Shown: in pieces, positions 12,366-23,011 of the stretch
Numbering within the stretch: the stretch's first letter is position 1
Layout: every line of letters starts with the position of its first letter
Origin: Azolla caroliniana
Lineage: Eukaryota; Plantae; Polypodiophyta
Reading direction: 5' to 3'
DNA length: 64,000 nucleotides
NCBI GenBank assembly: GCA_043228905.1
Contig: JBHGNT010000007.1
Span: 20,336,001 to 20,400,000 of the forward strand
Notes under the pieces: model-generated
Database searches by the model: none
What the model saw: the letters and a program-made list of their open reading frames with translations, nothing else
Told to the model about the DNA's origin: nothing
Translations under genes and position numbers: made by a program

Positions 12366-12722
12366 AGGGAGATCGAATCTCTACACAAGCAAGTATAACA
12401 ACAACAAGATAAAGTGAATGCTTTGTTGCATGATTACACGAGGGAAAACAACTTACATATAGCTGATTTTAATGAAAAAGACATTGTTTGGGTGGACATA
12501 GAGACAAAATATATGTTGTAGTCTTTTCCAAATTTGTATGATAGAGAAGGCATCATTATGTTTTTCATCAACATGTCGATGGTTTTGGGGGGTAAGCAAT
12601 GGAAACAAGGAGTCATGCAAGAGGAATATGTTGAAGATGTACACGCATCTTCCAAAGGGAGATCGAATCTCTACACAAGCAAGTATAACAACAACAAGAT
12701 AAAGTGAATGCTTTGTTGCATG
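12366..12722 (+). repeat. 67-bp exact direct repeat (12366-12432 and 12656-12722)
   Basis: AGGGAGATCGAATCTCTACACAAGC...GCTTTGTTGCATG occurs twice, 290 bp apart. Confidence 0.9.
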
Positions 12723-12729
12723 TTCTTTA

Positions 12730-13130
12730 ATGCTCTTTTTATGTCATAGGAACAAAGAAAATATTTGTATAATCAGTTACGTGATTTTTTTGAAAGAAGT
12801 CTTGTACATGTGGTACCATGGAAACCTATGGTTGAAAATTATGAAAGCTCGAGTGAATGCCAATGTGGGTTGAGGTAGAACGTGTCACTAGATCACGTAG
12901 CCGATTCTTCAATCAACAAGCCAAATTTGGGAAGGGTTGTTGTACCTCTAGCCCAAACACTCAAAATAGATATTGTTTGTGTATTCTCTACAATACAAAG
13001 AAGAAAAAACCAAAATGGTTGAGTATATGTTGCATCCCATGTGTTAGACTTAAATGGGGCGCCTTAGGGGGACATTGCTTTTTTGTGTAAGGTGTTTGAC
13101 AATTCTTAAACATCAACTAGTGGATTTGGT
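12730..13130 (+). mobile_element. possible degraded LINE ORF1 remnant (DUF4283/zinc-knuckle-like)
   Basis: Fragments VHVVPWKPM...PMWVEV and a later HCFF/C motif resemble plant LINE ORF1. Heavily decayed. Confidence 0.3.
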
Positions 13131-15782
13131 TATTCAGAAGAGTTAGGTCACACCATCAAATTTTAAGTGACAATCCAAAAAGGGGTCATTTGAAAAGAAA
13201 TTGGAAGTAAAAGACCATGAGAAGGAGGAAAGGGAAGGAGATGGAGAAAAGCAGATCCAATACAAATTATTCAAGTTGGCCTAATAATAATAATCAAGGG
13301 AATGGGATTATTCAAGTCGGCCTCAGTTTGCCATATAACATTCCTTATTTGTATGTTGTGTATACTATAGGAATTAAAACCCTTACGCACGCCTTGTTAT
13401 CATGATAGTCAACTATTACTAGTTGAGCTATATTTTTTTGTTAGATTTACACCAACATTCAACTTGCCCTTGTTACTTCTCTAGCCATGTTTTTAATCTA
13501 TCATAAACTTGAAATTAGATACTTTCATACTTTGTACATGCCACATCACAACACCATAAGCTTCGAGTAATGGCTTCACTTGGCATCCTCAAAACGCATA
13601 AATACTACCTTGTTGGCATGACTCCCACCATCTGTCAATTTATTTTTTTGCTCTTAGCTTCCTCCCACAAACTCCAATTGACAATGTGAAAATTTCATTA
13701 AGATTCCTGTTACGGGCATGACCATATAATATCCCGTGGTGAGAATTGTCGTAGTATTCTATACACGTGGATAAGTGTGAGGGTTAAACAAAGAGTCTAA
13801 AGAAGGGGAGGATTACTTTTAATCCTCGGGATTGAGACAACCCATGAGGCCAAGTGTGAACATGGCTGGGGGCCTTGAGAATTACTATAAATAAGAGGCC
13901 TAGCTACCCTCATTTGGGGCATGCATTGACTACGTCGAGACTCTGTCCGTGAGTGGAACGACTCTTGTAGCAAGCGCGCTATCGTCCAGGTACGACTCGA
14001 CGCCAAGGCGGTGGTATGGGACGCCGATCGAGGCTCGAGTCCGTCTCGATCCCTTCGCTCGGGGCTGGTCGGGTGGATCGGCACCCTTCTTTCTCTCTTT
14101 TCTCTCTATTCTTTCTAGATCTATCATTGATATATCCTTATTTTATGCTTACTTTAGTACCTAATCTCTAATATTTGGTATCGGAGCCTATGTACTAACG
14201 TTTCTTTTGGTTTTCTTTTTGTCTTCGCGAGGGATGGCGATTGATCGTTGTGCGGTCGCCTTCATGCAGACAAGGATTAGCGAAAGAACTTCGGTAAATT
14301 TTCCTTAATTTTTTATCTAATTTTTCTTCTCCCTTCTATACATGTGTATACTTAATATGTAGTTTTTTTTTCATATATTCAATGATGTTGACGTGGTATT
14401 TAATTGGTTATCTTAAACGTTTACATATGTCCACGAGGTCAATACCTCGTTTGACATATAAATCATATGTGATGAGTGTCGTATGCGTACGAGGTTACTA
14501 CCTCAAATTGCGTATTACGTTCACGAACATATGTTACGTTCGCGTACGAGGTCAATACCTCGATTCGTTCGAAATGATATGCGTTGGATTTACTATGCGT
14601 AAGAGGTCAATACCTCAATTGCGAATTACGCTTAACCTTATTTTCGGATGTTTCGTGTGCGTAGAGGTATATGCCTCGATTACGTATCCCGAATACATCA
14701 TTGTTGGCTATATAAAAAAAACGATTCATTTAGTATACGCATATGTGGTCACTTATATACGTCTCTGATCGTATATATGTGATATATTGACATATGTGTA
14801 TATTTTAGATTACGTGATTCATATCAAATGTTTTCCTAATTGGGGAGAGGATTTTGGTGGCCGTCCTCACATTTTTGTGAGAATGGCGTTGTCACCATCC
14901 CTTTTATCAACAATTTTTATTGTTGAAATTCCCGTTGGTCACTTTGATCTTTCGTTACGTAACGAACCTCGTATAGCCAAAATGATGTTGAATACGTCGG
15001 GCTTGATCCACATCAAGTAGGGTCGCTCTAATGACACACGTATCCAACATCTCCCCTCGTTACATGGATACGATGCCACCATGAGCTCGTTCTTACGAGC
15101 GCCATTCGTAATGACGTGACCATGTGATGGGCCACATGAGCCTACGAAGACACAAGGGCTCATTCGGCTTGACCATTAGGTTACACTTTGGCATATGCCA
15201 TTGTACTTACGAGGCTTGAGGGTAGGTAGCGTACAACCATAGTGGGTAATAAATGAGGGAGAAATAAGGCCACTTGACCTATATGTTTCTTTTAAAAAAA
15301 ACATATAGGGGCAAATGCCTCGCATATCTCGAATACGCCTCAAACATTAAACATTCAAGACGCGCAATCTACTTGGTTGGCTCAAGTGTTTAATGTATTT
15401 GTCCTCGAGGTCTCGAGTTCAAATATGACCAACACCATACAACATCGTTGATACATATGACTATAATACATGTTTAGACTTTAGGTCTAAGTGCACTTCG
15501 GGGTCCTCGTAATAGGACTTAAAGAGCCGAAACCACATATGTGGGCACAGAAACATAGTTATTGTTAACATTTTTTTCGTGTATAAACTATTCATGACGC
15601 GAACATACATGGTTGAGCCTCGGGGAGCCGCCATGAAAAAAATCGATATAGAGATCAAGGAAAGGCATTCATTTGTCACCCCCATGGTTTTTAAAACACC
15701 TCTGTGTTACCATAGTAACCTGATCTTGAACCTCATCTCATACGTCTAGAGGGGTATTGACGTGAGATCATGATATCGATTA

Positions 15783-16355
15783 ATGTTTGCCCATGATATG
15801 TTTACACCACGACAAGATGTTATGACTATTTGTCTGACCTTATTTTATTTCTTTGCCAGAAATAATCATTCAATGGCTCAGAATAACGACCCGATGCCCT
15901 CCGCTCAAGCGGAAAGACCTCAAGGAAATCCTCCTGGGACAATGTCCATTGAGGCGTATATTTTACAAGTACAACATTTCCTTAGTTCAACCGCGCAGCA
16001 GTTGACCGAATTTCGGCAATCTCAAAGTGCTCTCGAGGCACGAGTCATTAGTCTCCAAAATGAGATTAATAGACCTGATGAGCGTCAGGGTGAACCATCA
16101 TTTGTCGTAAAGCCATTTACGGGAGATAAAAAGGAAAGAACCGAAGAAGCAATCTGCACGTGGCTGGGCCGATGGGAGTCTCATTTTGAGCTCTATCCCA
16201 CGCCAGATAGTACGAAGATTGCATATGTCGGCCGAGAACTAGGGGGTAAGGCCGCCGCTTGGTGGCGTGGGCTCCGAACTTTGGGGAGATTGCCCGAGAC
16301 CTGGACAGACTTTGTCACAGTTTTCAAGGGTCAATTTCTACAACCTCCCTCTTGA
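15783..16355 (+). CDS. gag: gag N-terminal part (capsid), separated from the rest of gag-pol by one in-frame TGA
   Basis: LGGKAAAWW...TWTDFVTVFKGQF retrotransposon gag motif. The frame continues without shift into the ORF at 16377. Confidence 0.85.
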   Translation: MFAHDMFTPRQDVMTICLTLFYFFARNNHSMAQNNDPMPSAQAERPQGNPPGTMSIEAYILQVQHFLSSTAQQLTEFRQSQSALEARVISLQNEINRPDERQGEPSFVVKPFTGDKKERTEEAICTWLGRWESHFELYPTPDSTKIAYVGRELGGKAAAWWRGLRTLGRLPETWTDFVTVFKGQFLQPPS

Positions 16356-16376
16356 ACCGAGGCAGCACAAGCTTTA

Positions 16377-19300
16377 ATGAACCTCTCTAGCAGGAAGTTT
16401 TCCTCGCTAGAAGATTATGTCCACCATGCTAGAACCCAAATCCAAAAATCGGGTCTAGAAGGGGACAATTGGTTAATAGCTTGTTTTGTCAATGGCATCC
16501 CCAATTCGGACTATCACTGGATAGTGCACGATAAGGATCCAAAATCCTTCGAAGAGGCCGTTGAGATAGTTCTTCGCTATCAACGCACTTCGAAGAAGGA
16601 CCATAACAAACCCAACGAAGCGCCCGGGACTAAGCAGTCGCAATTCGTTGGGAAACGCAAGACACCCAACGAATTCATGGATCGCGATTATAAGCGACAA
16701 CATCCTTTTTGCGTATTCTGCAAAAAGAAGGGTCATACAAAAGAGCAATGTCGTAAGCTCCAACGAAAAGAGCATGACGCCAAACCTAAAGCTACAGACC
16801 ATAAAGGTCAGATTCCTAATGTCCTTCAGGTCTATACACATCATTTGAGTAATTGTCAATGTTCTTTCCCTCATTATGTATTGGATCCCAATGATTTACT
16901 ACATGCAAACGGGTATATCAATGGATCTCCCGTACAATTTTTATTTGATTCGGGAAGCTCACACAATTTTGTGAATGATCGTTTGGTACAGATATGGGGA
17001 ATTCAACCCACCGTAAGTGATCACACCTACACGGTGCACTTGGCTGATGGAAGAGTACAACACATCAACGGGGCGATTCATTCTTTAGGAATTTCTATTG
17101 ATACCTATATAGAGGAAGTAGACTTCCATGTAATGAATCTTAGTACCACCGATGTAATACTGGGTTATCCCTGGTTTTATAATAAAAGCTCTTCTTTATT
17201 TATTGATTGGGTTCGCCATTCCATTTCTTTTGTACTCAACGATTGTACGCATTTTATTCAATGTGTAACAAAACAATCCCTCTCGATTGTTTCCTCGTGT
17301 CCATCAATATCCGAGTTGTCTTGTTCTACGTTATTTTATTGTGTACTTGATCCGGACATTCACGTTTACAATATCGATAATGTCTCGGGTCAATTAACAT
17401 ATTTTGAACAAAAACAACTTGATGAAATCGTAAACGATTTTCGTGATGTTTTTCCGAGTGAACTACCCGATGGTTTACCTCCTAAACGTAATATAGACCA
17501 TCGTATAGATATTGTACCTGGCATTGCACCCATTAGTATACCTCCGTATCGCCTAAGTCGATCTGAAGAGGATGAGGTAGCTAAGCAACTTAAGGACTAT
17601 TTACGAATGGGTTATATACGTTATAGTAAATCTCCATGGGGTGCACCAGTTCTCTTGGTTAAAAAGAAAGAGGGCACATGGCGTATGTGTATTAATTACC
17701 GACGCTTGAATAAAGTGACGATCAAGAATTCGTACCCATTGCCCCGGGCTGACAATCTAATTGACCGTCTCCAGGGAGCTCGGTATTTTACGAAACTTGA
17801 TCTCCGTACTGGCTACCATCAAATACGAATAAGTGAGGACGATGTTCCTAAAACAGCATTTCGTACGCGCTACGGCCATTATGAGTTTTTGGTTATGCCT
17901 TTTGGTTTGACCAATGCTCCGGCTACATTTCAACAAGAAATGAATGACATTTTCCGAGAACAACTTGGAAAATTTGTCGTTATCTTCTTAGATGATATTT
18001 TAGTTTATAGCCATACATTACAAGAACATGCTAGACATGTCCGCTTTGTTTTACAAATATTGCGTGACAAACAATTTTACGCGAAGATCTCAAAATGTGA
18101 GTTCTTCAAGAAATCAATTACTTATCTTGGACATCTCATAACCAAACGAGGAGTTGAAATTGATCCTTCTCGCATCGAGAAAATCAAGCTTTGGCCCACT
18201 CTTCGGAATATTCGAGAAGTTCGATCATTCCTTGGTTTTGTCGGATTTTTGCGAAAATCTCTTCGTAATTACTCACAATTGACGACGCCGTTTACTGATC
18301 TTCTAAAAGGTCAAACGCGTAAGTCTACAAAACCTATTGTGTGGAATGCTACACTAGACCTCGCCTTTAAGGAACTCAAGGACTTGGTATGCAAGGCTCC
18401 TTCACTTCTTTTACCCGATCCTTCAAAACCTTTTGAGGTTGAAACCGACGCAAGCGATTATGCTATAGGTGCTGTCTTGTATCAAGATGGTAAACCAATA
18501 GCATTCGAGAGTAAGAAACTTGATTCTGCTCAATGTCGGTATACCGTTCAAGAAAAGGAATTATTTGCGGTTATACATGCGCTCAAAACATGGCGCCATT
18601 ATCTTTATGGAAATCGCTTTGTGGTAACTACGGACCACGAGTCCTTGAAATATTTTTGTGACCAACAAGACCTGAAAGGTCGTAAGGCACGATGGGCTGA
18701 TCTCATCCAGGACTTTGATTTTTCCATACGATATCGTAAAGGTTCCATGAATACTGTCGCTGATGCACTAAGTCGCATCCGTGAAGTTAACATGCTTAGC
18801 TTCACTGAAATAACATCAGATCTTTATGATCACCTTCGAGGAAAGTATCCTGATGACAATTATTTTGCAAAATACTGGGCAAGAGTCGAGTCTGGAACAG
18901 ACACCACCACACCCTCGAAGGAATACTTCCACATTGCTAACGGTCTGCTCTACCGTAATGGGAAGCTTTGTGTTCCAGATTTACCTGAGGTCAAAAAGAG
19001 AATTCTTTTTGAATGCCATGATGCACCCTCAGCAGGGCACCCTGGAATACATCGTACACTCGTTCTCATCTCCACTCAATTTTATTGGCCTAAGATGCGT
19101 CCTGACATACATAGCTATGTGACTGAATGTCACCAATGTCAGGTTAACAAAGCCGAGCGACTTAAAGCCGCAGGACTTTTACATCCCTTGGACATTCCCA
19201 ATAATAAGTGGGAAAGTATATCCATGGATTTTATTGTTAGCCTTCCTCGCACCCAAAAAGGTCATGATGCCATATGGGTTGTGGTTGACAGACTAACTAA

Positions 19301-20306
19301 AATGGCCAGATTTATTGCTACTAAAACCACGATAACAGCTCCTGAATTGGCTTACCAATTCGTTGATGAGTTATTTCGTTTTTACGGGTTACCGATGGAT
19401 ATCGTGAGTGACCGAGATCCGAAGTTTACTAGTGACTTCTGGACGCAAGTCTTTAAGAAGTTAGAAACTACGTTGAGCATGAGCTCCACGGATCATCCTC
19501 AATCCGATGGACAGACAGAACGAGTAAATCAAATTATTGAGGACATGCTTCAAGCATACGTTGGTGCAAAACCAACAAAATGGGAACGTTACCTCCCAAT
19601 TTTGGAGTTTGCTTATAACAGCTCCAAGCATACGTCGACGGGATATAGTCCTTTTATGTTGATGTATGGATTTCAGCCACGAGCCCCGATTGATGTTAAT
19701 ATACATCATGATGAGTTGCGAAGTACGCAAAACTTTCTTCGGGATATGCAAGATATGTTGCATATTGCACGGGATAATATAAAAACAGCTCAAGATAGAG
19801 CCCGTTTTTATGCCGATCATCACAGGCAACCTCGTGTATTTAGCCCTGGACAGAAGGTATTTTTACGTGTACCTCACAATTCTAAGACATTGTCTACGGG
19901 TAAGTGCGCTAAGTTAGCCCCACGGTTTTGTGGACCTTTTACAGTCCTCAAACGCATTGGATCATCAGCCTATCGTCTCGCTCTTCCCGATGGTGTTGGA
20001 ATCCATCCAGTCTTTCATGTAAGTCGTCTAAAAGAACTTCTAGGTTCTGGCGACAATACAGTTACAACTGAAACTCTGGTTACTTCTGAAGATTTATCTT
20101 CTAAACCACATGTACCAGAAAGAATTCTCGATGTTAAAACAAAAAAATTACGTGCTAAGGAAATCCGAGAATTTAAAATAAAATGGATGGATAAATCAAT
20201 CAAAGATGCCACATGGGAACGCGAAACGACTCTAACAACTAACTTCCCTAACTTTCCATTGCAAGAGTGCAATGTTTTAAAGAGGGGGAGTATGTTACGG
20301 GCATGA
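16377..20306 (+). CDS. pol: gag C-terminus plus pol polyprotein (CCHC, PR, RT, RNase H, INT, chromodomain)
   Basis: [14 protein letters not shown]; [10 protein letters not shown]; FLDDILVYS; [10 protein letters not shown]; HHCC; MDFIVSLP; GPF; PERILD...KW...ATWE chromodomain. The stop codon lies inside the 3' LTR. Confidence 0.95.
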   Translation: MNLSSRKFSSLEDYVHHARTQIQKSGLEGDNWLIACFVNGIPNSDYHWIVHDKDPKSFEEAVEIVLRYQRTSKKDHNKPNEAPGTKQSQFVGKRKTPNEFMDRDYKRQHPFCVFCKKKGHTKEQCRKLQRKEHDAKPKATDHKGQIPNVLQVYTHHLSNCQCSFPHYVLDPNDLLHANGYINGSPVQFLFDSGSSHNFVNDRLVQIWGIQPTVSDHTYTVHLADGRVQHINGAIHSLGISIDTYIEEVDFHVMNLSTTDVILGYPWFYNKSSSLFIDWVRHSISFVLNDCTHFIQCVTKQSLSIVSSCPSISELSCSTLFYCVLDPDIHVYNIDNVSGQLTYFEQKQLDEIVNDFRDVFPSELPDGLPPKRNIDHRIDIVPGIAPISIPPYRLSRSEEDEVAKQLKDYLRMGYIRYSKSPWGAPVLLVKKKEGTWRMCINYRRLNKVTIKNSYPLPRADNLIDRLQGARYFTKLDLRTGYHQIRISEDDVPKTAFRTRYGHYEFLVMPFGLTNAPATFQQEMNDIFREQLGKFVVIFLDDILVYSHTLQEHARHVRFVLQILRDKQFYAKISKCEFFKKSITYLGHLITKRGVEIDPSRIEKIKLWPTLRNIREVRSFLGFVGFLRKSLRNYSQLTTPFTDLLKGQTRKSTKPIVWNATLDLAFKELKDLVCKAPSLLLPDPSKPFEVETDASDYAIGAVLYQDGKPIAFESKKLDSAQCRYTVQEKELFAVIHALKTWRHYLYGNRFVVTTDHESLKYFCDQQDLKGRKARWADLIQDFDFSIRYRKGSMNTVADALSRIREVNMLSFTEITSDLYDHLRGKYPDDNYFAKYWARVESGTDTTTPSKEYFHIANGLLYRNGKLCVPDLPEVKKRILFECHDAPSAGHPGIHRTLVLISTQFYWPKMRPDIHSYVTECHQCQVNKAERLKAAGLLHPLDIPNNKWESISMDFIVSLPRTQKGHDAIWVVVDRLTKMARFIATKTTITAPELAYQFVDELFRFYGLPMDIVSDRDPKFTSDFWTQVFKKLETTLSMSSTDHPQSDGQTERVNQIIEDMLQAYVGAKPTKWERYLPILEFAYNSSKHTSTGYSPFMLMYGFQPRAPIDVNIHHDELRSTQNFLRDMQDMLHIARDNIKTAQDRARFYADHHRQPRVFSPGQKVFLRVPHNSKTLSTGKCAKLAPRFCGPFTVLKRIGSSAYRLALPDGVGIHPVFHVSRLKELLGSGDNTVTTETLVTSEDLSSKPHVPERILDVKTKKLRAKEIREFKIKWMDKSIKDATWERETTLTTNFPNFPLQECNVLKRGSMLRA

Positions 20307-21678
20307 CCATATAATATCCCGTGGTGAGAATTGTCGTAGTATTCTATACACGTGGATAAGTGTGAGGGTTAAACAAAGAGTCTAAAGAAGGGGAGGATTA
20401 CTTTTAATCCTCGGGATTGAGACAACCCATGAGGCCAAGTGTGAACATGGCTGGGGGCCTTGAGAATTACTATAAATAAGAGGCCTAGCTACCCTCATTT
20501 GGGGCATGCATTGACTACGTCGAGACTCTGTCCGTGAGTGGAACGACTCTTGTAGCAAGCGCGCTATCGTCCAGGTACGACTCGACGCCAAGGCGGTGGT
20601 ATGGGACGCCGATCGAGGCTCGAGTCCGTCTCGATCCCTTCGCTCGGGGCTGGTCGGGTGGATCGGCACCCTTCTTTCTCTCTTTTCTCTCTATTCTTTC
20701 TAGATCTATCATTGATATATCCTTATTTTATGCTTACTTTAGTACCTAATCTCTAATAATTCCCATATAATCTCCTACACAATTTGCATGACAAACACTT
20801 GGATGTATGGATTGAAGCATCATCTTTTGAAAATTTACACATTTACACAATGATCAACGTTCAATGATCCAAACTTGATCATGAAGATATGTAAAAAATT
20901 TCATTTGACCATAGATCACGTGATAAAACCTAATGAAAATCATTTTCAAAATTACTCACAATAATTCACAATAGTCTCATAATATGAAGCTTGGAACAAG
21001 ATACAATTGAGGATAAAATCTTCAACCTCGTTACATTGGGTGGCTAGAATAGGATGTGGATGAATAAGATGATGAGAGATTAAGAAGAACCTAGAAGAAA
21101 TCATCAACAAAAAGGTATATCTCAACTTGCAAGTCCTAACTTTGGGAATGGTGAAGTGTAGAGTTTGAAACTTGTTGGGACGTGATTCCTACTTTAGGAA
21201 TGATAAAGTGTAGAGTTTGAAATTTGTTAAGGCTGAGCTATGTGGTAAAAACAGAAAGAGAGACATACTTTAGTGAGTGTGCTCTTGAAACCAATCAAAG
21301 TAGAAGGGAGAAGGAAAGTTCATTGCTATGGATCAACAATTTGAGAGGCAAGGCCAAGCTTCATTAGTGAACAAATTATCATAAGATGATGTCAATGTAT
21401 TCCATGACCATAAACGACATACATCCATGTGCATAAGCATAACATCATTTCAGTGTATGCAATAAGCATGATAAGATGTGTGATAACTGTCACGTATTTC
21501 ATGATCATAACATGATGTGTAATATGTATCCATGTATATAGATAAGCATGTAGCTTAGCATAAAATAACCTTAACCTATAATATAACTAATGTTTTATGC
21601 ACTTTATTCCATCGCACACACCATGTCATCACGATAAGAAAACCTAATTCAACATTCCATTTGGTGATCACGCATTAG

Positions 21679-21907
21679 CCTATGTGAGGTGGTGACATCT
21701 TGTAACATCAAGTGCATAATATTTATGAATAGCCTAAATGATTTTCATCACATCAACATGGATATTTTTTCAGAGACTCATTTGAACAATTAACCTATGT
21801 GAGGTGGTGACATCTTGTAACATCAAGTGCATAATATTTATGAATAGCCTAAATGATTTTCATCACATCAACATGGATATTTTTTCAGAGACTCATTTGA
21901 ACAATTA
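21679..21907. repeat. tandem duplication, period 115 bp
   Basis: CCTATGTGAGGTGGTGACATC...CATTTGAACAATTA occurs twice in succession. Confidence 0.9.
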
Positions 21908-23011
21908 GTTTGTTGTGTTGCACTAAGAAAGTTGTTTGACGAACATGTTTTGCGATTAATATTTTGTGTTGCGTTGACGTGGATATTTGTCCACATGGTC
22001 ACTCTTTGACTCGTAGTCAAGAGGTTGTTCAAACACCACTTTTTTTATGGCCAATGTCAAAGGCATAAAAAAAAAAATATTGAATTTAAATGAAATGAAA
22101 ATCTTTATTTATACGTGATAAGTATAAGAGCAAGTTCAAGCATGCTAACCAAAGATTTGCGTTGATCCATTGTGGCTTTGCAATAGACAAATGTTTGTAT
22201 ACATAATACCAAGCATAAATGCTCACCATTAACCCTAAATGTAATGCTCATGACTTAGCTAGTCATGTATATAACATTACTGAATGTAATCACACATTCC
22301 CTAGCTTACACTAGCTTACATATACCTTCACCACTTTGTAAGGATGCACATCCCTTATTTGGCTACCATGCACAATGCTACAATAGTGATGATCCATATA
22401 TGTGTAACTTGTTGGCCTAATGTTACAATGATTAGTATACATAAGGTGGTAATTAGTTTTGCTAAAGTCTAAGATGCATGCATCAAGCTGGGAATGGGTT
22501 CAAGAACTCTAAATGATGTATGATATTTCATATGATTATGACAACCAATAAATTTGTGTTATCATAGACCTCTCTAAAAGCAAATACTTTAGGCTCATGA
22601 TTTTGGTTGCACACTGAAACCGTAAGTGTTTGCGGAAGCGTAAAACAGAGAACAACACAGAGAGAGAGAGAGAGAGAGACAGAGAGAGCAGAACACAATT
22701 TCAAAATTATATCAAGACTCTATATACACACTGTGCTAAGTAGCACTATTTATACAAGTCCTCTTGGGACTGACAGAAGTACCATGTACTTCAATGCTCA
22801 CACGAGCATCTGACACTTACTACGAGACTATAGCTACCTAGTAGTCTATCCTATACTAGGCTTCCGATTGGACTTCCGGTTACGGATTGCACCCGGCCTC
22901 CACTGCTTGCCGGTTCGGTTGCTCACCGTCATACCGATCCGTTTCGCCCGATCTGTCTCGCTTACCGGCTCCGGCTTATTCAGCCGATCCGGCTCCGGTT
23001 GAGCTTGCCGC

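Larger units (their letters stand above)
13708..20758 (+). mobile_element. full-length Ty3/gypsy chromovirus, very young (LTRs 13708-14173 and 20293-20758, TSD ATTCC)
   Basis: Two 466-bp LTRs with no difference seen by eye. ATTCC at 13703-13707 and 20759-20763. PBS TGGTATCGGAGCC at 14176-14188. PPT AAAGAGGGGGAG at about 20279-20290. Confidence 0.97.

Noticed and set aside
13797-14164. Small ORFs repeated at 13797-14164 and 20382-20749
   Set aside because: Chance frames within GC-rich LTR sequence, duplicated only because the LTRs are identical.
14420-14690. CRISPR array interpretation of the hairpin-spacer series
   Set aside because: Eukaryotic retrotransposon leader, degenerate repeats and no cas genes. 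Kept only as an RNA structure array.
16353-16376. Programmed stop-codon readthrough between the two gypsy ORFs
   Set aside because: The TGA falls in the middle of the capsid domain, lacks a known readthrough context, and is simply explained by CGA-to-TGA deamination. Other apparent C-to-T/G-to-A lesions occur in pol.
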